A DNA stretch of 64,000 nucleotides from a virus (taxonomy: Duplodnaviria > Heunggongvirae > Uroviricota > Caudoviricetes): IMG/VR virus record IMGVR_UViG_638275541_000001, one strand, 5' to 3'. The notes below the pieces were generated by a model. It was given only the letters and a program-made list of their open reading frames with translations, ran no database searches and was not told the DNA's origin. A program made the position numbers and the translations under genes. How positions within the stretch are numbered: the stretch's first letter is position 1; every line of letters begins with the position of its first letter. Shown here piece by piece: positions 15,294 to 32,893 of the stretch.

Positions 15294-15743
15294 ATGTGTT
15301 ATACAGGCGACCCAGCCAATAACCCTCTTGATAGAGTAAGAATCCTCTGCACAGACACTAATAATGATGAAATTCTTATTGAGCAGTCTGTGCTAGAGTG
15401 GTTCTATCTAGAATCTGGAAAGGATGAAAAGAAAGCAGCCATCAAAGCTCTTAAATATTTACTCTTTCAAGTAGCCAAGATGGGAGATGAGAAGGTTGGT
15501 GGTGTTTATTTACGTAACTCTTCCAGATTCAAATCTCTGAAAGCTGTTTATGACGACCTTGTTAAAAGCTCTGTTTCAGGACTACCCTATGCAGGTGGTA
15601 TTAATCAGTGTGATATTGACATGCGTCGTCAGAATCCTTGCTCTGTCAAGAAATACACAGAATATGGTGATGCTGCCAGATACGAAGGCAGAGATTACTG
15701 CAACCGTGTTAATGGCGTATTTATTATCGAGCGAGATGAATAA
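15294..15743 (+). CDS. hypothetical head-tail joining protein
   Basis: 149-aa ORF with RBS AGGAGGG. Confidence 0.45.
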   Translation: MCYTGDPANNPLDRVRILCTDTNNDEILIEQSVLEWFYLESGKDEKKAAIKALKYLLFQVAKMGDEKVGGVYLRNSSRFKSLKAVYDDLVKSSVSGLPYAGGINQCDIDMRRQNPCSVKKYTEYGDAARYEGRDYCNRVNGVFIIERDE

Positions 15744-16225
15744 TGGTTAAAAGGGTTATTCACCCCGCTAGAGCAAAATTAGTCGGGGCTATGAAGAACT
15801 TGCAAACGGCTAATGCTCAAGTTGGGTATTTTCAAGAACAAGGTCAACATAGCTCTGGTTTTTCTTATCCTGCTTTAATGTATTTACAAGAAGTTATTGG
15901 GGTTCCTTCAGCTTCTGGTAAAGTATATCGTAGGTTGTTTGAAATCACTATGATGCTAAACAAACAGACCTTGTTAGAGCAGACTAAGAAGAATCTATAT
16001 AAGCAACTTAGCAGTCTCAACACAGACCCTTCAAATACCTTAGAAGCATTTGCAAAGAATGCTCAAAAGGCAATTAAAAGAGGTTTTGGTAACTCTGCTA
16101 TACTCCCTCCTAACGCACCTTCCACAGTCAAGAAAAAAGGCTTTAATGCACCTCTTGTTGAGACAGGTGACTTAAGAGATAACCTTGCTTATAAAATTTC
16201 TACTAAGAAGGGTATTAAGAAATGA
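15743..16225 (+). CDS. hypothetical head-tail joining protein
   Basis: 160-aa ORF, start overlaps upstream stop. Confidence 0.45.
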   Translation: MVKRVIHPARAKLVGAMKNLQTANAQVGYFQEQGQHSSGFSYPALMYLQEVIGVPSASGKVYRRLFEITMMLNKQTLLEQTKKNLYKQLSSLNTDPSNTLEAFAKNAQKAIKRGFGNSAILPPNAPSTVKKKGFNAPLVETGDLRDNLAYKISTKKGIKK

Positions 16226-16623
16226 GACTCTTAAACAGACACAGCTTTGTAGTAAAGCGTAAAGTCTCTGAAGACGGTTATTACAATGATGATGGTGATT
16301 GGGTAGCTTCACAAGATATTGTAGAGGTTAACTGTAAAGGTAATATCCAGCCATATATCAAAGGTTCTGTAAAGAATGGTACACAGATTGCTTTACCGGA
16401 AGGTATCAGACTTACCGATACAAGAATCCTGTATACTACATATAAACTTAGAACTTCAGATGATGTAGAGTGGAATGAGTCTGATATTGTTATGATTGAT
16501 GGTCATGAGTATGAAGTATTTATGACTATGGATTGGTCACAGCAATTATCCCATACGTCCCATTATGAATATATCATTATTAGAAGGGATAAAATGAATG
16601 CAGTTAGAAACAGCAGAACTTGA
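16222..16623 (+). CDS. hypothetical head-tail joining protein
   Basis: 133-aa ORF, overlapping coupling. Confidence 0.45.
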   Translation: MRLLNRHSFVVKRKVSEDGYYNDDGDWVASQDIVEVNCKGNIQPYIKGSVKNGTQIALPEGIRLTDTRILYTTYKLRTSDDVEWNESDIVMIDGHEYEVFMTMDWSQQLSHTSHYEYIIIRRDKMNAVRNSRT

Positions 16624-17197
16624 AAAAGGTCTAGTTAGAACCTTAGTGGATGTTATTGGTCACAGATTAGCTCGTGATAAAAATAATAGGCCAAACGTAA
16701 TTAGAGCTTACCCTTCTGATAACTCAAATGACAAAGGTTTAAAACCTGACCAGCCATTTATCACTGTATATTGTCAAGATGCTGCAACACCTTATGGTTG
16801 GGTTCTTGATAAGTTTGTTGAGGATGATGTAGTTTGCTACAGAATTGCTTTTCAGATTCCAGTATTAATTACGGTGAATGGTAAAGGTGCTCACAGTATT
16901 ATGCTTGAGCTTAAACAACGATTAGAGATGAGTTCAGTCAGAGATTTAATCCTTGAAGAAACAGGGGCTACAGTATTAGACACTGGAGCTATCCCGAATG
17001 ACTATACTTATCTCAATACAGATTTCGAAAATTCTGCGCCTCTTGTTGTAACTCTTGTAAAAAACTCAGTCCTGAAGGATGAACGTGGAAGTATTATTGA
17101 GCGTGTCATTGTTGATGGTGAGTTGGTTTATGAAGAAGGACAAGAGCCACCAGAATATACTATCCATCTAGATGTAGACTCCAAAGGGGTAAAATAA
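16598..17197 (+). CDS. hypothetical tail completion protein
   Basis: 199-aa ORF preceding sheath gene. Confidence 0.4.
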   Translation: MQLETAELEKGLVRTLVDVIGHRLARDKNNRPNVIRAYPSDNSNDKGLKPDQPFITVYCQDAATPYGWVLDKFVEDDVVCYRIAFQIPVLITVNGKGAHSIMLELKQRLEMSSVRDLILEETGATVLDTGAIPNDYTYLNTDFENSAPLVVTLVKNSVLKDERGSIIERVIVDGELVYEEGQEPPEYTIHLDVDSKGVK

Positions 17198-18550
17198 ATG
17201 TGGAATCCAATTGTTAATGTAGATATTACATTGAACACCGCAGGAACTACAAGAGAAGGTTTTGGTTTGCCACTATTCTTAGCTTCAACAGATAACTTTG
17301 AAGAAAGAGTACGTGGTTACACTTCCTTAACTGAAGTTGCTGAAGATTTCGATGAGAATACTGCTGCATATAAGGCTGCTAAACAACTTTGGAGTCAGAC
17401 TCCTAAAGTAACTCAGCTTTATATTGGTAGACGTGCTATGCAGTACACTGTATCAATTCCTGATGCCGTTACCGAAAGTACAGACTACTCAATTACTGTA
17501 GCTGCTGGCGGTGGAATTTCTCAACCATACCAGTACACAGCACAAAGTTCAGACACTGCTGAGAACGTGTTACAACAGTTTAAAACACAGATTGAAGCTG
17601 ACCCAACAATCAAAGATAAGGTTTCTGTGAATGTAACTGGTAGTAATGGCTCTGCCACAATGATTATTGCCAAAGCTGGTGATAATGACTTTGTGAAAGT
17701 AACAACCACAGCACAGACTGTATATATTGCAAGTACAACTGCTGATACAGCATCAACTGCTCTGGCAGCTATCGAAGCTTACTCTACCGACTGGTATTTC
17801 ATTGCAGCAGAAGACAGAACTCAACAGTTTGTCTTAGCAATGGCTTCTGAGATTCAGGCTCGTAAGAAAATCTTCTTTACAGCTAACTCCGATGTAACAG
17901 CCCTACAAGGTACAGAATTAGCCAGTGCAAATGATGTTCCAGCACAGCTTGCTAAGAATATGTACACTCGTACAGTTTGCTTGTGGCATCACGCAGCAGC
18001 AGAAGATTACCCAGAGATGGCATACATTGCTTATGGTGCTCCATATGATGCAGGTTCAATTGCTTGGGGTAATGCTCAGCTAACTGGTGTAGCAGCTTCT
18101 CTACAACCATCTAATCAGAGACCTCTGACAAGTATTCAGAAGTCTGCTTTAGATGTACGTCACTGTAACTTTATTGACCTTGATGGTGGTGTTCCAGTGG
18201 TTCGTAGAGGGATTACTTCTGGTGGGGAATGGATTGATATCATCCGTGGTGTTGACTGGTTAGAATCAGACCTGAAAACTTCTCTGAGAGACTTGCTAAT
18301 TAATCAGAAGGGTGGTAAGATTACTTATGATGATACTGGTATTACCCGTATTCGTCAAGTCATTGAAACCTCTCTGCAAAGAGCAGTCAACAGAAACTTC
18401 CTGTCATCTTACACAGTTAATGTTCCTAAAGCCTCTCAAGTTGCTTTAGCAGACAAGAAAGCTCGTATCCTGAAAGACGTTACCTTCGCAGGTATCTTAG
18501 CAGGGGCTATCTTGGATGTTGACTTGAAAGGTACAGTGGCTTACGAATAA
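17198..18550 (+). CDS. tail sheath protein (putative)
   Basis: 450 aa; followed by small tube-size ORF, chaperone pair and tape measure, as in P2/Mu-like contractile tails. Confidence 0.55.
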   Translation: MWNPIVNVDITLNTAGTTREGFGLPLFLASTDNFEERVRGYTSLTEVAEDFDENTAAYKAAKQLWSQTPKVTQLYIGRRAMQYTVSIPDAVTESTDYSITVAAGGGISQPYQYTAQSSDTAENVLQQFKTQIEADPTIKDKVSVNVTGSNGSATMIIAKAGDNDFVKVTTTAQTVYIASTTADTASTALAAIEAYSTDWYFIAAEDRTQQFVLAMASEIQARKKIFFTANSDVTALQGTELASANDVPAQLAKNMYTRTVCLWHHAAAEDYPEMAYIAYGAPYDAGSIAWGNAQLTGVAASLQPSNQRPLTSIQKSALDVRHCNFIDLDGGVPVVRRGITSGGEWIDIIRGVDWLESDLKTSLRDLLINQKGGKITYDDTGITRIRQVIETSLQRAVNRNFLSSYTVNVPKASQVALADKKARILKDVTFAGILAGAILDVDLKGTVAYE

Positions 18551-18565
18551 TAGAGGTAAATTGGA

Positions 18566-19012
18566 ATGGCTATGTATCAGCAATATTCCCCTAAAGACGT
18601 TGTATGTAGCTGGAACGGCATTGCTATTGAAGGCTTTGCTCCAGACTCATTCTTGCGTCTACAGAGAACATCACCACTTGTGACACCAGTTGTTGGTGCA
18701 GGTGGTCAGGTTGCTCTGACAAGAAATGCAGACAAGACAGGTACTATTGAGATTGAGCTAATGCAGACTTCTCTCTCTAACCAGATGCTTTCTGCAATTC
18801 AAGCTAAACAAGACAATATGGAACTTGAAGTAGATATCTCTTCTAACTTCGTAATCTACGACCCATCAGGCTCTGTTCTGGCAACTGGTATTAATGCTTG
18901 GTTGCAGGAGTTACCACAGATTGAACTTGGTCGTGACCAGAACTCTAAAACTTGGATTTTTGGTTGTGAGAAGTTAGACTATACTTCTACAATTCCAGCG
19001 TCAAGTGTTTAA
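18566..19012 (+). CDS. tail tube protein (putative)
   Basis: 148 aa, directly after sheath gene. Confidence 0.5.
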   Translation: MAMYQQYSPKDVVCSWNGIAIEGFAPDSFLRLQRTSPLVTPVVGAGGQVALTRNADKTGTIEIELMQTSLSNQMLSAIQAKQDNMELEVDISSNFVIYDPSGSVLATGINAWLQELPQIELGRDQNSKTWIFGCEKLDYTSTIPASSV

Positions 19013-19024
19013 TAAATCCTATAA

Positions 19025-19056
19025 GGGGGAGACTTTAAAAGGTCTTCCCCTTTTTT
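19025..19056 (+). terminator. rho-independent terminator or attenuator after tube gene
   Basis: GGGGGAGAC...GTCTTCCCC hairpin followed by TTTTTT. Confidence 0.5.
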
Positions 19057-19085
19057 GTTTCTTTTAAAAGTATTAAGGAATCACA

Positions 19086-19484
19086 ATGAAAACAGAATCT
19101 AGAGTAATTAATGGGAAGAAAGTAAATATCGTTCTGCTTGGGGCAAGAGATGGTATTAAGATGTCTATGAAGTTGGGTAAAATTGTTGTCCCAACCTTTG
19201 CACAGATGCTATCAAGTCTGACTGACAAGGGTAAGAAGGAAGCTCCGATGGTTCCATTTAAAGAACTTGTTGAAGCTTGTTTTGACAGAATTGAAGAGAT
19301 TAACCTTGAAGAGATGGCAACCCTGTTATTTCAAGGGGCAACTGTTGATGACTTCCCACTTAATATTGATACGTACTTCCAAGCAAACTATGGTGAGTTC
19401 ATTGATTACTTAGCATTTGCGCTGGAGGCAAACTTCGGAAGTTTTTTCGAAGCAAGCATTTTCAAAAGCCTAACTTCTCAGTAA
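19086..19484 (+). CDS. tail assembly chaperone (G-like)
   Basis: 132 aa directly upstream of tape measure; slippery heptamer near 3' end. Confidence 0.55.
   Translation: MKTESRVINGKKVNIVLLGARDGIKMSMKLGKIVVPTFAQMLSSLTDKGKKEAPMVPFKELVEACFDRIEEINLEEMATLLFQGATVDDFPLNIDTYFQANYGEFIDYLAFALEANFGSFFEASIFKSLTSQ
19442..19448 (+). other. candidate -1 programmed frameshift site T-TTT-TTC
   Basis: zero-frame codons TTT TTC (Phe-Phe); the -1 frame from here runs with no stop into the 19487-19726 ORF. Confidence 0.5.
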
Positions 19485-19486
19485 AC

Positions 19487-19725
19487 ATGGGTAATACTCT
19501 ACAGACACCACTGACTGATGCTGCTGTAGAGGCAACCTATGAAGAAGCAGACGAGATGAAATTTGTGCTTGCTATTTATGGTATGGAAGGGTGTAAAGAA
19601 ACACTTGACCAACTCTTTGCTATGACATTCTCTGATTTATTATCATTGAGACAATTTCTTGAGATTCAGAGGTCGTATAAAGAGGAAATTGCTTACAACG
19701 AACTTAGAAGAGCAGGAAAAATGTA

Positions 19726-19726
<1 letters not shown>
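19487..19726 (+). CDS. tail assembly chaperone frameshift extension (GT-like)
   Basis: 79-aa ORF in the -1 frame relative to the upstream chaperone; ends at tape measure start. Confidence 0.5.
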
Positions 19727-27742
<8,016 letters not shown>

Positions 27743-27744
27743 TA

Positions 27745-28911
27745 ATGGCAGTAGGTGAAATTCAAATTAGTGCCTTGCCTCAAGCAGCCTTACCAATTGA
27801 CCTTAGTGATATCTTCCATCTTAAGCAGGGTATTGAGGATAAGAGATGTACTCTTGAGCAATTACTTGCTCCACACTCAAGCCTAAGAAATAACCCTCAC
27901 GGTGTTACTAAAACACAAATTGGTTTAGATAATGTTATCAATGCTCTTCAGTTAGTTGCTGCAAATAACTTATCAGATGTTGCTAATGTCACTGAGGCAA
28001 GAGCAAATCTACAGATTATGTCTTCAGAAGAGGTTAATAGCCTTGTTCAACAGCATATTAATGATAAAAGTAACCCACACAATACAACTAAGGCACAGGT
28101 TGGTTTGAGCAATGTCCAGAACTGGGTGACATCTAACCTTTATAATGAGGATGCAGATAAGTATGCTACAGCAAGAGCAGTAAATAACTTGTACAAGGCT
28201 GTTCAGGCTTCTTATCCAGTAGGTACTATCCATCTCTCTATGAATCCTGCAAACCCTTCTACATATTTAATTTGTGGGGGTACTTGGGAGTTAGTTTCAA
28301 GAGGAAGAGCACTTGTAGGTTATGATAGTGCTTCTAGGCCAGTTGGTAGTAACTTTGGCTCAAGTAGTATTAGCTTATCTAGTAACAACCTACCATCACA
28401 TAGCCATTCAATCTATCTAACTGGTGGTGGACATACTCATGGTGCTGCTATTACTATCGATGGCTTTGATTACGGCAATAAGAGCACAAACAGTTTCGAT
28501 TATGGAACAAAGACCACTAATAGCACTGGTGCTCACACCCACTCAGTGAGTGGTTCAACAAATACCACAGGTAATCACACACATACTGTAGGTGGTCGTT
28601 ACGGAGGTGACTCTATCGGTGGTAAACATCGTGTTCAGGTCTCAGGGACTGAACAGGTTTCCAGTGTAGCTGGTGACCACTCACACACTATTAGTGGTTC
28701 AACAAATACCACAGGTAATCACCAACACACTGTTGCAATTGGTGCTCACACACACACTGTTGCAATTGGTGCTCATACCCATAAAGGCACAGTAACTTTG
28801 CAGTCATCTGAACATACTCACTCAGGTACTACAGGTACTACAGGTTCTGGTCAAGCATTTAGCGTTGAACAACCATCCTTTGTGGTTTATGTATGGCAAA
28901 GAACCGCTTAA
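27745..28911 (+). CDS. tail fibre protein with C-terminal His-rich (HxH) module
   Basis: 388 aa; C-terminus GAHTHSVSGSTNTTGNHTHTVGG...GDHSHTISG...GAHTHTVAIGAHTHKG, resembling metal-binding HxH motifs of T-even fibre tips. Confidence 0.65.
   Translation: MAVGEIQISALPQAALPIDLSDIFHLKQGIEDKRCTLEQLLAPHSSLRNNPHGVTKTQIGLDNVINALQLVAANNLSDVANVTEARANLQIMSSEEVNSLVQQHINDKSNPHNTTKAQVGLSNVQNWVTSNLYNEDADKYATARAVNNLYKAVQASYPVGTIHLSMNPANPSTYLICGGTWELVSRGRALVGYDSASRPVGSNFGSSSISLSSNNLPSHSHSIYLTGGGHTHGAAITIDGFDYGNKSTNSFDYGTKTTNSTGAHTHSVSGSTNTTGNHTHTVGGRYGGDSIGGKHRVQVSGTEQVSSVAGDHSHTISGSTNTTGNHQHTVAIGAHTHTVAIGAHTHKGTVTLQSSEHTHSGTTGTTGSGQAFSVEQPSFVVYVWQRTA
28495..28690 (+). repeat. ~196-bp repeat shared with 30955-31150 (fibre C-terminal module)
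   Basis: near-identical DNA runs in both fibre genes, e.g. GGTGCTCACACCCACTCAGTGAGTGGTTC and GACTCTATCGGTGGTAAACATCGTGTTCA..GTCTCAGGGACTGAACAGGTTTCCAGTGTAGCTGGTGACCACTCACACACT. Confidence 0.7.
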
Positions 28912-28920
28912 AAATTCTTT

Positions 28921-28948
28921 TACAGGGGGCTGTACAGCCCTCTTTCTA
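28921..28948 (+). terminator. palindromic hairpin between fibre genes (weak terminator)
   Basis: GGGCTGTACAGCCC perfect palindrome followed by TCTTTCT. Confidence 0.3.
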
Positions 28949-28961
28949 GAGGACAAAAATA

Positions 28962-31310
28962 ATGGCAGATTACAAGTTGAGTGAATTAAACTCAATCGAT
29001 ACAATCCGTTCAGATGACCTTCTTCATGTCAGGGTTAAAAAGAGACCTGAAATGCTTGGTGATGAAGACCGTCGAATGACCTATCAAGATTTCTTAGCGT
29101 CTTTTAAGCTTGAAAGATTTGTTCAGATTGCTGGTAGCACTATGACTGGTGACTTAGGGATTGTTAAGTTACTTTATGGTGGTAAGGCAGTCTTTGACCC
29201 TACAGGCTCTTCTGAGATTACTATGGGGGATGTTTTAAAGACTTTTAAAATTAATGCAAATGGTCTTAAACTAACTATTGCAGATGCTTCAAGGTCTGCA
29301 ACTGTTTATCATACTCTTAATAAGCCAAGTCCTAATGAGCTTGGGATGAGAACTAATGAAGAGAATGATGCAAGATATGCAAGGCTTGCTGTCACAAACA
29401 CATTCTCTGGGACTCAGAACATTCAAGGTGATGTTAACTTACTTCGCCTTAGAAACCAAAATGCAAATAATGCACAATATATTGAAGGTGTAGACCTAGA
29501 TGGCTCGGCTAGATGGTTGGTTGGTATTAGTAAAAATGGTTCTGATGCAGTGCAGTTGTACAATAATAAATATGACTCAGCTTTGACTATTGCAAGTAAT
29601 ATCTCTGTTAATAAGTCTTTAGCAATCACTGGTCAAGTCCAACCTTCGGATTTCTCTAACTTAGATGCTAGATACTTTACTCAGACAGTTGCTAATCAGA
29701 GGTTTGCACAGTTAGCTGCTAATAATAATTTCACGGGCACTAACACGTTTAGTAGAAATCTAACCATCATTAGTGACAGTGCTGCTTTAAGGTTGAAAAA
29801 TGCAACATCTAGCTCACTATTCGTTCAGGGTGTTGACTCTCAGAATACTAACAGGTGGTATGTAGGGAACGGGGATAACACAGCCTCTGTGCTGCTACAC
29901 AACTATGTACACGGTTCAAATATCAGACTTGATAATGGTTATATCTCAGTCAACCAGAACTTCAGAATTACTGGTCAAGTCCAACCTTCGGATTTCTCTA
30001 ACATTGACTCTAGGTATATTCCGGCAGCAACATTAAGTACAATTGCAAGAACTAATGCACAAAATACTTTTAATGGTGCGCAAACAGTTGTTAGTGATGG
30101 CGAAGGTTTAGTTATTAAAAACTCTACTCAGAATAGGCCATTGTATATTCGTGGTAAGGACGCTGCCAATGTATCAAGATGGTGGTTAGGTGTTGGTGAC
30201 CCAAATTCTACTGATGTAGCCTTAAACAACAGCTTCTCTGGCACTCAGTTAATTTTAGGTAACTCATCTGCAAGTATCAATAAGACATTAACCCTAGCAG
30301 GGCAGATTCAACCTTCAGATTTCTCTAACTTAGATGCTAGATATTACACGCAATCTACCGCAAACTCTAGGTATATGCTTGCTTATTCTTCTGGCACTGG
30401 TACAGAGGTAGGTGATAGTGATGGCATTGCTTGGAATGCTAAAACTGGTCTGTATAATGTTACAGGTTATAGTGGAGGCTCAACACAGCTTGTTTTCCAA
30501 ATGTATCAGGGTGCAAGCTCTACTCCCTCTGCTCAATTAAAATTCAACTACAGGAATGGGGGTTTTTGGTATAGGTCATCAAGGGATGGTTTTGGTTTTG
30601 AAGAGGACTTCACACAAATTTATACAGAGAAGTATAAACCAACTCCTTCAGCTATTGGTGCATACACTAAAGCAGAGACTGACCAGAAGATTGCAGAAGC
30701 GATTAGTGACTCTACAGACCTGAATAAAATCTATCCAGTAGGGATTGTGACATGGTTTAACAGTAATGTTAACCCTAATACAGCACTCCCTGGGTTAACT
30801 TGGACGTATCTGAACAATGGTGTTGGTAGAACTATTAGAATTGCAGCAGCAAACGGTTCAGATGTTGCTACAACTGGTGGTTCAGATTCTGTAACGTTAT
30901 CTGTTGGTAACTTACCTTCACACACTCATAGCTTCTCTGCGACTACCTCTAGCTTTGACTACGGTACTAAAACCACTAATACTACTGGTGCTCACACCCA
31001 CTCAGTGAGTGGTTCTACTAACAACACTGGTGCTCATACACATACATTTGGTGGTCGTTATGGTGGTGACTCTATCGGTGGTAAACATCGTGTTCATGTC
31101 TCAGGGACTGAACAGGTTTCCAGTGTAGCTGGTGACCACTCACACACTGTATATGGTACTGCTGCCTCTAACGGAAACCATGCTCACACAGTTGGTATTG
31201 GTGCTCACAGTCATACAGTTAGTGGTAACACTGGTGGTACAGGTTCTGGTTCAGCATTTAGTGTAACTAACCAGTTCTATAAGCTGATGGCTTGGGTAAG
31301 AACTGCTTAA
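28962..31310 (+). CDS. long tail fibre protein with three internal tandem repeats and C-terminal HxH module
   Basis: 782 aa; three ~110-aa repeats each ending xTGQ(V/I)QPSDFSN(L/I)D(A/S)RY; C-terminus paralogous to upstream fibre gene. Confidence 0.7.
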   Translation: MADYKLSELNSIDTIRSDDLLHVRVKKRPEMLGDEDRRMTYQDFLASFKLERFVQIAGSTMTGDLGIVKLLYGGKAVFDPTGSSEITMGDVLKTFKINANGLKLTIADASRSATVYHTLNKPSPNELGMRTNEENDARYARLAVTNTFSGTQNIQGDVNLLRLRNQNANNAQYIEGVDLDGSARWLVGISKNGSDAVQLYNNKYDSALTIASNISVNKSLAITGQVQPSDFSNLDARYFTQTVANQRFAQLAANNNFTGTNTFSRNLTIISDSAALRLKNATSSSLFVQGVDSQNTNRWYVGNGDNTASVLLHNYVHGSNIRLDNGYISVNQNFRITGQVQPSDFSNIDSRYIPAATLSTIARTNAQNTFNGAQTVVSDGEGLVIKNSTQNRPLYIRGKDAANVSRWWLGVGDPNSTDVALNNSFSGTQLILGNSSASINKTLTLAGQIQPSDFSNLDARYYTQSTANSRYMLAYSSGTGTEVGDSDGIAWNAKTGLYNVTGYSGGSTQLVFQMYQGASSTPSAQLKFNYRNGGFWYRSSRDGFGFEEDFTQIYTEKYKPTPSAIGAYTKAETDQKIAEAISDSTDLNKIYPVGIVTWFNSNVNPNTALPGLTWTYLNNGVGRTIRIAAANGSDVATTGGSDSVTLSVGNLPSHTHSFSATTSSFDYGTKTTNTTGAHTHSVSGSTNNTGAHTHTFGGRYGGDSIGGKHRVHVSGTEQVSSVAGDHSHTVYGTAASNGNHAHTVGIGAHSHTVSGNTGGTGSGSAFSVTNQFYKLMAWVRTA
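29395..30350 (+). repeat. three tandem ~330-bp in-frame repeats inside the long fibre gene
   Basis: repeated ATCACTGGTCAAGTCCAACCTTCGGATTTCTCTAAC-type blocks at ~29630, ~29965 and ~30300. Confidence 0.6.
30955..31150 (+). repeat. second copy of the fibre C-terminal repeat
   Basis: see 28495-28690. Confidence 0.7.
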
Positions 31311-31389
31311 TCCCTTATTGACTGATTGTTAAGATGGTGTTAATATTCTTTATGGGTATTCTCACCATCTTGGCTGATGAGGTGATTAA

Positions 31390-31584
31390 ATGCCTACAAT
31401 CCTAGCAATTCTCCTAAAAAATCTAGGTAGCTTCTTCTGGAAACTCATTTTATCCCTTCTAAGTGAATACATGATTGAGAAAGTGTTCTTTAAGCTTGCA
31501 AGATACCTTGCGGGTAAGACAGACACACCTATTGATGATGAGTTCGTAGATAACTTAGAAAAAGCTTTTAAGGGGGAGAAATAA
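31390..31584 (+). CDS. small hydrophobic protein (possible lysis or membrane protein)
   Basis: 64 aa; N-terminus ILAILLKNLGSFFWKLILSLL. Confidence 0.35.
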   Translation: MPTILAILLKNLGSFFWKLILSLLSEYMIEKVFFKLARYLAGKTDTPIDDEFVDNLEKAFKGEK

Positions 31585-31950
31585 ATGAAGTGGCTAGAGG
31601 AAGCTTTTAAAAATAATATTGGTGCAATTGTTGTTGGTATTTTTAGTGTTATTGGGATGTATACCACGATGCAAGTTTCAAGTGGTAAGCAAGAAGTGTC
31701 TGTCACAACAAAGTTACAGCAGCTAGATAATTATTCCAAAAGTAACTATTCAGCTATTCGTGATTTACAGTCTGACATGAGACTGATTCAGCTAGGGATG
31801 GAGAACCAGAAAGTTCAGTTAGAGAATGTTAAGGGTGAAAACGCAAAACTTACCAAAACCCTTGATAAATTCTCTGACAGTGTAAATAATCTGGCTCAAT
31901 CAGTATCAGCCCTCCAAGCTATTACTGAGAAGAACACAAAAGAACACTGA
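31585..31950 (+). CDS. membrane-anchored coiled-coil protein (spanin-like or other)
   Basis: 121 aa; N-terminal TM IGAIVVGIFSVIGMY then heptad-like region. Confidence 0.35.
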   Translation: MKWLEEAFKNNIGAIVVGIFSVIGMYTTMQVSSGKQEVSVTTKLQQLDNYSKSNYSAIRDLQSDMRLIQLGMENQKVQLENVKGENAKLTKTLDKFSDSVNNLAQSVSALQAITEKNTKEH

Positions 31951-31963
31951 AAATAAAATTTTA

Positions 31964-31990
31964 AGGCTCCTTTTTACGGGAGCCTTTTTG
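31964..31990. terminator. bidirectional rho-independent terminator between convergent blocks
   Basis: AGGCTCC-TTTTTACG-GGAGCCT with T-run after and A-run before; sits between + strand lysis-like genes and - strand thyA. Confidence 0.6.
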
Positions 31991-31992
31991 TT

Positions 31993-32892
31993 TTACTTAC
32001 CTACTGACAAAGGTGCTTCAATCTTCCCTGCGTGTTTGTAGTTGTTAATACCACCAATAAAATCACTCGCAGTAAGGTGTTTTAGGTCACTTAGCGTGTT
32101 AAGTGGTAGACCAATCTCAAAAGTTGGTGCATGGAACTCTTCATTATTCATCAATTCATAAACCTGCTTCATATGGTTCTGATAAATCTGAGTATCCCCA
32201 AAGACACCTATCAAGTATCGTGGAGTGTACCCAGTCATCTTGCAAAGTACTTCCAGAATAAAACCATAAGATGCAATGTTAAACGGAAGTCCTAAAAAGG
32301 TGTCTACAGAACGCTGATACCATTGTAAGTCAACTTCACCTTCGTTAGTGATATAAATCTGAAACATAACATGACAAGGTGCTAAAGCCATTGAGTTAGC
32401 TGCAATATCTGCTGCATTCCAAGCATTGACAAGCATGTAACGGTCTGTGATATCACCTTTCATCTTCGTTACTAAGGTTTCTAACTGGTCTACAACACAA
32501 CCATTATGACCTTCAAAGTTTCTCCACTGAACTCCGTAGATTCTTCCACCTGCATCTTCTAACCAGTCTTGTTCAGAAGAATAATTAGAGCTTAACCAGC
32601 GTTTAAAATCATCTGACCAGATAGTCCAGCGTTCCCCATCATTTTCACCCCAAGTACGGTAACGGAGTTCACTAAGTTTATTCTCACCATTCAGGAACCA
32701 TAAAGCTTCCCCAATAACTTGCCGTGTAAACACCTGTTTAGATGTTAAGAGTGGAAAACCAGTACGCATATCAAAACGAAATTGTGGTGGAGCAAATGCA
32801 GAGATAACATCTCCAGTTCGTGTAGTACGTAGTTCACCAACGGATAAAACATGGTTCAGGATATTTTTGTAACTCAAATCAGCTTGTGACAT
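31993..32892 (-). CDS. thyA: thymidylate synthase
   Basis: 299 aa; ThyA active-site region ALAPCHVMFQ and motifs DTFLGLPFNIASY, GDTQIY. Confidence 0.85.
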   Translation of the reverse strand: MSQADLSYKNILNHVLSVGELRTTRTGDVISAFAPPQFRFDMRTGFPLLTSKQVFTRQVIGEALWFLNGENKLSELRYRTWGENDGERWTIWSDDFKRWLSSNYSSEQDWLEDAGGRIYGVQWRNFEGHNGCVVDQLETLVTKMKGDITDRYMLVNAWNAADIAANSMALAPCHVMFQIYITNEGEVDLQWYQRSVDTFLGLPFNIASYGFILEVLCKMTGYTPRYLIGVFGDTQIYQNHMKQVYELMNNEEFHAPTFEIGLPLNTLSDLKHLTASDFIGGINNYKHAGKIEAPLSVGK

Positions 32893-32893
32893 A

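Noticed and set aside
31390-31950. Assigning holin and i-spanin to the two membrane ORFs after the tail fibres
   Set aside because: No endolysin or lipoprotein o-spanin partner is adjacent and the topology evidence is weak; left as hypothetical membrane proteins.
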